In this document: positions 57,642-64,000 of the stretch, piece after piece
Position numbering within the stretch: the first letter of the stretch is position 1
Layout of the letters: the number at the start of each line of letters is the position of its first letter
NCBI GenBank assembly: GCA_963744445.1
Contig: CAVUTP010000001.1
Span: 276,308 to 340,307, forward strand
DNA from: an uncultured Acidobacteriota bacterium
GTDB lineage: Bacteria; Acidobacteriota; Vicinamibacteria; Vicinamibacterales; Fen-181
Length of the DNA: 64,000 bases
Direction of reading: 5' to 3'
Made by a program: the position numbers and the translations under genes
Notes under the pieces: model-generated
Database searches by the model: none
What the model saw: the letters and a program-made list of their open reading frames with translations, nothing else
What the model was told of the DNA's origin: nothing

Positions 57642-59531
57642 GTGTGCGGAATCGCTGGCGTGGTGAGCAGCGAGGCGGGGCCGCGCGAGGCCCGGTCGGA
57701 CCTCGTCCGGTCGATGTGCGCCGCAATCCGGCACCGCGGCCCGGACGACGAGGGGATCTACGTGGACGACCGCGCGGCGCTCGGCATGCGCCGCCTGAGC
57801 ATCATCGACCTCTCCACCGGGCAGCAGCCGATGACCGGCGAGGACGGCCGGTTCTGGCTGGTGTTCAACGGCGAGATCTACAACTACCGCGAGCTGGCGG
57901 ACGAACTGCGATCGCGCGGCCACACGCTGCGCACCGCGTCGGACACCGAGGTGATCGTCCACGCCTGGGAGGAGTGGGGCGAGGCGGCGCTCGACCGGCT
58001 GCACGGGATGTTCGGGTTCGCGATGTGGGACACGGGCACACGCACGCTGTGGCTGGCGCGCGACCGGCCCGGCATCAAGCCGCTGCACTACCACGCCGCC
58101 GGTGGCCGGCTGGCGTTCGCCTCCGAGATCAAGTCGTTGCTGGTGGACCCGGCCACGCCCCGGGCGCTCGACGAGGAGGCTCTGGATCACTACTGCTCGT
58201 TCCTCTACACGCCGCCCGACCGGTCCATCCTCGCCGGCATCCGGAAGCTCCCGCCTGGTCACGTGCTGCGCTGGCGCGACGGCGAGGTGTCGGTACGCCG
58301 TTACTGGGACCTGCCCGAGACCGAGGACTTTGCCGGCGACGAGCGCGAGGCGGCCGCGGCGCTCCGGGTCGCGCTTCGCTCGGCGGTTCGATCGCACATG
58401 ATCAGCGACGTGCCGCTCGGTGCCTTCCTCTCGGGCGGCGTGGACTCGAGCGTGATCGTCGGCCTGATGGCGGAAGTGTCGTCGCGGCCCGTGCGCACGT
58501 TCTCGATCGGTTTCGAGGACGCCGGCTACAACGAGCTGCCGTACGCGCGCCAAGTGGCGGAGCAGTTCGGCACCGAGCACCATGAGTTCGTCGTACGGCC
58601 GGATGCGGTGTCGATCGTCGATCGGCTCGTTCACCACTTCGACGAGCCGTTCGGCGACTCGTCTGCCATCCCGACGTGGTACGTCTCGGAAATCGCCCGG
58701 CGTCATGTCACGGTCGTGCTCTCTGGCGACGGCGGCGACGAGCTGTTCGGCGGTTACGAGCGATACCTGCCCCACGCGCACGTCGAGGCGTTCGATCGCC
58801 TGAAGCTTCCGGGAAAGCGGTCGGTCGCCGGCGTGGCGGGACGGCACTGGCCGCGCCGGCTGCGCGGACGCGCGTTCCTCCGCCACGTCGCGCTCGACCG
58901 CGAATCGAGGTACCTCGAGGATGTCGGGTTCTTCAGGCCGGACGAGAAGGCGGCGCTGTACTCGGGCGCCTTCGCGTCACGCCTGAAGGGCCGTGACGCG
59001 TTCGAAGGCATGCGGAAGCAGTTCGAGCCCGGGCGCCGCCTGCCGTGGCCCAGCCAGATGATGCGTTTCGACTTCCACACGTATCTTCCAGAGGACGTGC
59101 TGACGAAGGTGGACCGGATGAGCATGGCGCACTCCATCGAGTCGCGCGTGCCGCTGCTGGACACGGGCGTCATCGAGCTCGCGGCGCGATTCCCGGCGAG
59201 CCTCCGCATCGCCGGCCGGAGACAGAAGCACGTGCTCAAGCAGTCGGTCGCGGACCTGCTGCCGGCGTCGATCCTCGACCGGCCGAAGCACGGGTTCGGC
59301 GTCCCGATCGGCGCCTGGTTCGGCGGCGGCCTGCGCGAGCTGTTCGCGGACACTCTCCTGTCGCCGCGCGCCCGGCAGCGCGGCTTTTTCCGGCCGGCCG
59401 CGATCGATGCGCTGGTGGCCGAACACCTGGCCGGCCGCCGCGACCATACGCTCCGCTTGTGGCTGCTGGTGGTGCTGGAGCTGTGGCAGCGCGAGTACGT
59501 CGATGGGCTGGCCGGAGCGCGAGCGGCGTGA
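57642..59531 (+). CDS. asnB: Asparagine synthase (glutamine-hydrolysing) family amidotransferase, EPS-locus paralog 1
   Basis: GTG start preceded by GGGAGGAAG. Ntn nucleophile (M)CGIAG, NGEIYNY, and PP-loop SGGVDSS. 629 aa. Confidence 0.9.
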   Translation: MCGIAGVVSSEAGPREARSDLVRSMCAAIRHRGPDDEGIYVDDRAALGMRRLSIIDLSTGQQPMTGEDGRFWLVFNGEIYNYRELADELRSRGHTLRTASDTEVIVHAWEEWGEAALDRLHGMFGFAMWDTGTRTLWLARDRPGIKPLHYHAAGGRLAFASEIKSLLVDPATPRALDEEALDHYCSFLYTPPDRSILAGIRKLPPGHVLRWRDGEVSVRRYWDLPETEDFAGDEREAAAALRVALRSAVRSHMISDVPLGAFLSGGVDSSVIVGLMAEVSSRPVRTFSIGFEDAGYNELPYARQVAEQFGTEHHEFVVRPDAVSIVDRLVHHFDEPFGDSSAIPTWYVSEIARRHVTVVLSGDGGDELFGGYERYLPHAHVEAFDRLKLPGKRSVAGVAGRHWPRRLRGRAFLRHVALDRESRYLEDVGFFRPDEKAALYSGAFASRLKGRDAFEGMRKQFEPGRRLPWPSQMMRFDFHTYLPEDVLTKVDRMSMAHSIESRVPLLDTGVIELAARFPASLRIAGRRQKHVLKQSVADLLPASILDRPKHGFGVPIGAWFGGGLRELFADTLLSPRARQRGFFRPAAIDALVAEHLAGRRDHTLRLWLLVVLELWQREYVDGLAGARAA

Positions 59532-59631
59532 CGCTGAGAAGCCGGTTGCCCAAGAACGGACGAGGATTCCACGAAACGGGCAACGTGCCGGCCGCGCGGT
59601 CGCCGGCGCTACATCTTCACGGCCCGATTGG

Positions 59632-59647
59632 TGGTACCTCCCTTGCT
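59632..59647 (+). promoter_or_regulatory. Sigma-54 (-24/-12) promoter TGGTAC-N5-TTGCT
   Basis: GTGGTACCTCCCTTGCTGACC is nearly identical, over about 20 nt, to the element at 35072. It lies in the only sizeable intergenic gap (128 nt) of the EPS operon. The -12 element is only about 13 nt from the ATG at 59660. Confidence 0.55.
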
Positions 59648-59659
59648 GACCTTGTGGCC

Positions 59660-60847
59660 ATGCTGCCGTCCAGACGGATCCCGCTTGCCTTGTTTCTGAC
59701 CAGCTTCTCCCCTGGCGGAACCGAACGGCAGATGATCGAGCTGCTTCGGCGGCTCGACCGCGACCGCTTCGCGGTGCACCTCGCCTGCTTCCACAGGTCC
59801 GGGGAGTGGCAGGCGCGCGCGGAGGAGCTGGCGGAGTCGGTGACGGAGTTTCCGGTCACCAGCTTCCGCGCGCCGTCCACCGCGCGCCAGGCCGCGGCGT
59901 TCGCGCGGTGGTGCCGTCGCCTGCATTTGGCGATCGTGCACACGTGCGACCTGTACGCGAACACCTTCGGCCTGCCGGCCGCGGCGCTGGCCGGCGTGCC
60001 GGTGCGCATCGCCAACCGGCGGGAGCTGAACCCCGACAAGTCCACCGCCCAGATTGCCGCCCAGCGGCTTGCCTATGGCTTCGCGAACCGCATCGTCGCG
60101 AACTCGCATGCGGCGCGGCGCCGGCTGCAGCGGGAGGGCGTGAGCGCCGGCCGGGTGACGGTGATCCCCAATGGCATCGATCTCTCGGAGTTCAGACCGC
60201 GGGATTCAGGATTCAGGAACCAGGAATCAGGCGTCACGCGTGACACGCTGAATCCGGTGCGGCGGGTCTTGACCGTCGCGCGCTTTCGCCCCGAGAAAGG
60301 CCTCGACACGTTCATCGACGCGGCGCGCCTGGCCCTGGCGCGGGTTCCCGACCTGGAGTTCGCGCTGGCGGGCGACGGGCCGCTTGCCGCCGACCTCCGC
60401 TCGCGCGTCCAGGCCGCGAACCTGGGGCAGCGGGTCCGGTTCCTGGGCCTGCGAGACGACGTCTCCGACGTGCTGCGCGCGCACGACGTGTTCGTGCTGC
60501 CCTCGAGGTCCGAGGCATTCCCCAACGCCGTGCTCGAAGCGATGGCCACCGCGCTGCCGATCGTCGCCACGCGCGTGGGTGGCGTGCCGGAGCTGATCGA
60601 GCATGGCAAGTCAGGTCTGCTCGTAGCACCTGGGAGCGCGGCGGACCTGGCGGCGGCGATCGTCGACCTGGCCCTGGGACCGTTGTACGCCCGGGCGCTC
60701 GGCCAGCGGGCGCGTGCGGACGCCGAGGCTCACTATTCATTCGACCTCATGGTCCGGCGGTTCGAGCAGCTGTATCTGACCGAGGCCGCGGCTCGCCGGC
60801 GGATGGCGCCCGGAACCGCGCGTTCCTCTCAACCCATCGCCTCGTAG
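59660..60847 (+). CDS. GT4 (GT-B fold) glycosyltransferase
   Basis: MLPSRRIPLALFLTSFSPGGTERQ, and VLPSRSEAFPNAVLEAMATALPIVATRVGGVPELIEHGKSGLLV (E-x7-E type). Contains an in-frame GGATTCA-type repeat that encodes DSGFRNQESG. Confidence 0.85.
   Translation: MLPSRRIPLALFLTSFSPGGTERQMIELLRRLDRDRFAVHLACFHRSGEWQARAEELAESVTEFPVTSFRAPSTARQAAAFARWCRRLHLAIVHTCDLYANTFGLPAAALAGVPVRIANRRELNPDKSTAQIAAQRLAYGFANRIVANSHAARRRLQREGVSAGRVTVIPNGIDLSEFRPRDSGFRNQESGVTRDTLNPVRRVLTVARFRPEKGLDTFIDAARLALARVPDLEFALAGDGPLAADLRSRVQAANLGQRVRFLGLRDDVSDVLRAHDVFVLPSRSEAFPNAVLEAMATALPIVATRVGGVPELIEHGKSGLLVAPGSAADLAAAIVDLALGPLYARALGQRARADAEAHYSFDLMVRRFEQLYLTEAAARRRMAPGTARSSQPIAS
60202..60231 (+). repeat. Heptamer array GGATTCA (2 perfect and 2 degenerate units) inside the GT4 coding sequence
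   Basis: GGATTCA GGATTCA GGAACCA GGAATCA GG, the same family as 20281-20301. Confidence 0.85.
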
Positions 60848-60856
60848 GACACCCCC

Positions 60857-62758
60857 ATGTGCGGCATTGCTGGAATGTTCATGTTCGACCCCACCCGTCC
60901 GATGGACGCGCGCGTGCTCGCGTCGATGACCGACGTGCTCGCGCATCGCGGCCCCGACGGGCGCGGGCTTCACATCGACGGCCCTGTGGGCCTCGGCCAC
61001 CGGCGCCTCAGCATCATCGACCTCGCCACCGGCGCGCAGCCGCTCGGCAACGAGGATGGGTCGGTGGTGACGGTGTTCAACGGGGAGATCTACAACTTCC
61101 GGGACCTGCGGGCGGAGCTCGAGAGCCGCGGGCATCAGTTCCGGACCAAGACCGACACCGAGGTCCTGGTGCACGGTTACGAGGAGTGGGGGGAGCACCT
61201 CCCGGAGCACCTCCGCGGGATGTTCGCGTTTGCGATCTGGGACCGCGGGCGGCGCCGCCTGCTCCTCGCCCGCGATCGGCTGGGCATCAAGCCGCTCCAC
61301 TACTCCACCATCGGCGGACGGGGCGTGGCGTTCGGCTCCGAGGTGAAGGCGGTCGTCGAGCACCCGGACGTCTCGCGGGCGTGGCGTCGCGACGCCGTGG
61401 ACGCGTACCTGGCCCTCCAGTACGTGCCCACGCCGATGACCATCTTCTCGGACGTCCACAAGCTGCCACCCGCCCACGTGCTGGTGGCCGAGGACGGCCA
61501 GGTCCGCCTCCGCCGCTACTGGAGCCTGACGTTTCCCGGCGACGGCGACGCGTGGCGCGAGGAGGAGTATCTCGAGCGGCTGGACAGCCTGCTTCACGAG
61601 GCCGTCAAGATCCGCCTGATCAGCGACGTGCCGCTCGGGGCCTTCCTCTCCGGGGGCATCGACTCGAGCGCCGTGGTTGCGGCGATGGTCGCCACATCCG
61701 ACGCGCCGGTGCTCACCACGTCGGTGGGTTTCGACGAGCAGGACTACGACGAGGTGCAGCACGCACGCGATGTCGCGCGGCACCTGGGCTGCGAGCACTA
61801 CTCCAGGACGGTGACGCCGGACATCGCGGACCTGCTCCCGCGCCTCGCGTGGCACCTCGACGAGCCGTTCTCCGACTCGTCGGCCGTGCCGACCTACTTC
61901 GTCTCCGCCGTGGCGCGCGAGAAGGTCACGGTGGCGCTCTCGGGGGACGGCGGGGACGAGCTGTGGGCGGGATACGCGAGGCACCGGGTGGAACGGGCCG
62001 AGGCGCAGGCGCGGCGCTGGCTCGGCTCCGCCGGGTCCCAGGCGGCCGCGCGCGTGGCGCGACTGCTGCCGCTTTCCATCAAGGGCGCCCGCTCTCTGCG
62101 GCACCTCGGTCTGCCGCCCGACGAGGCGTGCGCGCAGAAGCACGTCTACGGCCTGTTCGAACGCGGTCTGCGGGACCGGCTCTACACCCTGGACTTCGCA
62201 GCCGACGTCCGGGAGCACGACCCGCTGGTCCCGTTCCGATCGATCTGGGCCTCGTGCCCGTCGCCCGACCCGGTCGATCGCGCGCTGCTCGTTGACGTCC
62301 AGACCTACTTGCTCGACGACATCCTCACGAAGGTGGATCGCATGAGCATGGCCGTCTCGCTGGAGGCGCGCGTGCCGCTGCTCGACCACCACCTCGTCGA
62401 GTTCGCCGCGTCGGTCCCGATGGCGCTCAAGATCCAGGGAGGCCGCGGCAAGCACCTGCTCCGGCGCTTTCTCGAGGGCCGGGTCCCGAAACACATCATC
62501 GACAGGCCCAAGCAGGGCTTCGCGGCGCCGACAGCCGAGTGGCTGCGGGGCCCGCTCGCGCCCATGGCCGCGGACCTCCTCCTCGGCCACACGTTCCGAG
62601 CCCGCGGAATATTCTCGCCCCCGGCGGTCGGCCGGCTCTGGCGCGAGCACCAGTCGCGCGAGCACGACCACCGTCATCGACTGTGGTCCCTGCTGATGCT
62701 GGAACTGTGGTTCCGCCAGTTCGTGGACCGACCGGCGCAGGTGGCGTTGTCGGCGTAG
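60857..62758 (+). CDS. asnB: Asparagine synthase family amidotransferase, EPS-locus paralog 2
   Basis: MCGIAGMF, NGEIYNF, and PP-loop SGGIDSS. 633 aa. Confidence 0.9.
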   Translation: MCGIAGMFMFDPTRPMDARVLASMTDVLAHRGPDGRGLHIDGPVGLGHRRLSIIDLATGAQPLGNEDGSVVTVFNGEIYNFRDLRAELESRGHQFRTKTDTEVLVHGYEEWGEHLPEHLRGMFAFAIWDRGRRRLLLARDRLGIKPLHYSTIGGRGVAFGSEVKAVVEHPDVSRAWRRDAVDAYLALQYVPTPMTIFSDVHKLPPAHVLVAEDGQVRLRRYWSLTFPGDGDAWREEEYLERLDSLLHEAVKIRLISDVPLGAFLSGGIDSSAVVAAMVATSDAPVLTTSVGFDEQDYDEVQHARDVARHLGCEHYSRTVTPDIADLLPRLAWHLDEPFSDSSAVPTYFVSAVAREKVTVALSGDGGDELWAGYARHRVERAEAQARRWLGSAGSQAAARVARLLPLSIKGARSLRHLGLPPDEACAQKHVYGLFERGLRDRLYTLDFAADVREHDPLVPFRSIWASCPSPDPVDRALLVDVQTYLLDDILTKVDRMSMAVSLEARVPLLDHHLVEFAASVPMALKIQGGRGKHLLRRFLEGRVPKHIIDRPKQGFAAPTAEWLRGPLAPMAADLLLGHTFRARGIFSPPAVGRLWREHQSREHDHRHRLWSLLMLELWFRQFVDRPAQVALSA

Positions 62759-62763
62759 AACGG

Positions 62764-62832
62764 AAGGCACGAAGGCCACAACGCCCTTGTGTCTTCGTGT
62801 TGTCTTTGCTCTTCGTGGTTCGTTCGTCGTCA
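62764..62832 (+). repeat. T-rich dispersed element with CTTCGTG / GTTGTCTTTG motifs
   Basis: AAGGCACGAAGGCCACAACGCCCTTGTGTCTTCGTGTTGTCTTTGCTCTTCGTGGTTCGTTCGTCG, between asnB paralogs 2 and 3. Confidence 0.7.
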
Positions 62833-62868
62833 AGCGAAGCGAGCACTGGGACTCGAGGGAGGCGTCTC

Positions 62869-64000
<1,132 letters not shown>

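Overview
Very GC-rich window (about 70% by eye, not computed), densely coding, with no rRNA, tRNA, CRISPR, transposase or integrase. Gene content suggests a soil Acidobacteriota- or Gemmatimonadota-like genome; this is inference only. From left to right: pirin; modCBA; an M28 peptidase; a divergent SecA paralog; a ROK-like kinase; a 2Fe-2S plus molybdopterin oxidoreductase pair; a receiver domain plus orphan Dam methylase; an APC permease; a corrinoid protein plus URO-D-like methyltransferase next to a TatT-type TRAP transporter; a module of Ser/Thr kinase, ECF sigma factor and pseudokinase; PhoU-like and DedA proteins; and msrPQ. From about 32.2 kb to the window end lies a sigma-54-controlled exopolysaccharide locus of the PEP-CTERM/exosortase type. 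It includes a candidate PEP-CTERM mini-protein, a histidine kinase, two tandem enhancer-binding proteins, a degenerate GGDEF domain, Wza-like, barrel, Wzz-like and BY-kinase proteins, a priming transferase, two flippases, a Wzy-like ligase, seven glycosyltransferases including one GT2-TagF fusion, a LicC-like nucleotidyltransferase, an ExeA-like ATPase and three AsnB paralogs. No exosortase is present in the window. The most unusual signal is several families of AT-richer short tandem repeats, mostly 7 nt with one 9-nt family, that fill intergenic gaps in a strand-specific way; one lies inside a glycosyltransferase gene. At least 12 conserved genes show single-base frame breaks, most at short homopolymers, so sequencing indels are suspected. 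Coordinates of frameshifted genes span both frames. Motif coordinates are accurate to about 2 nt.
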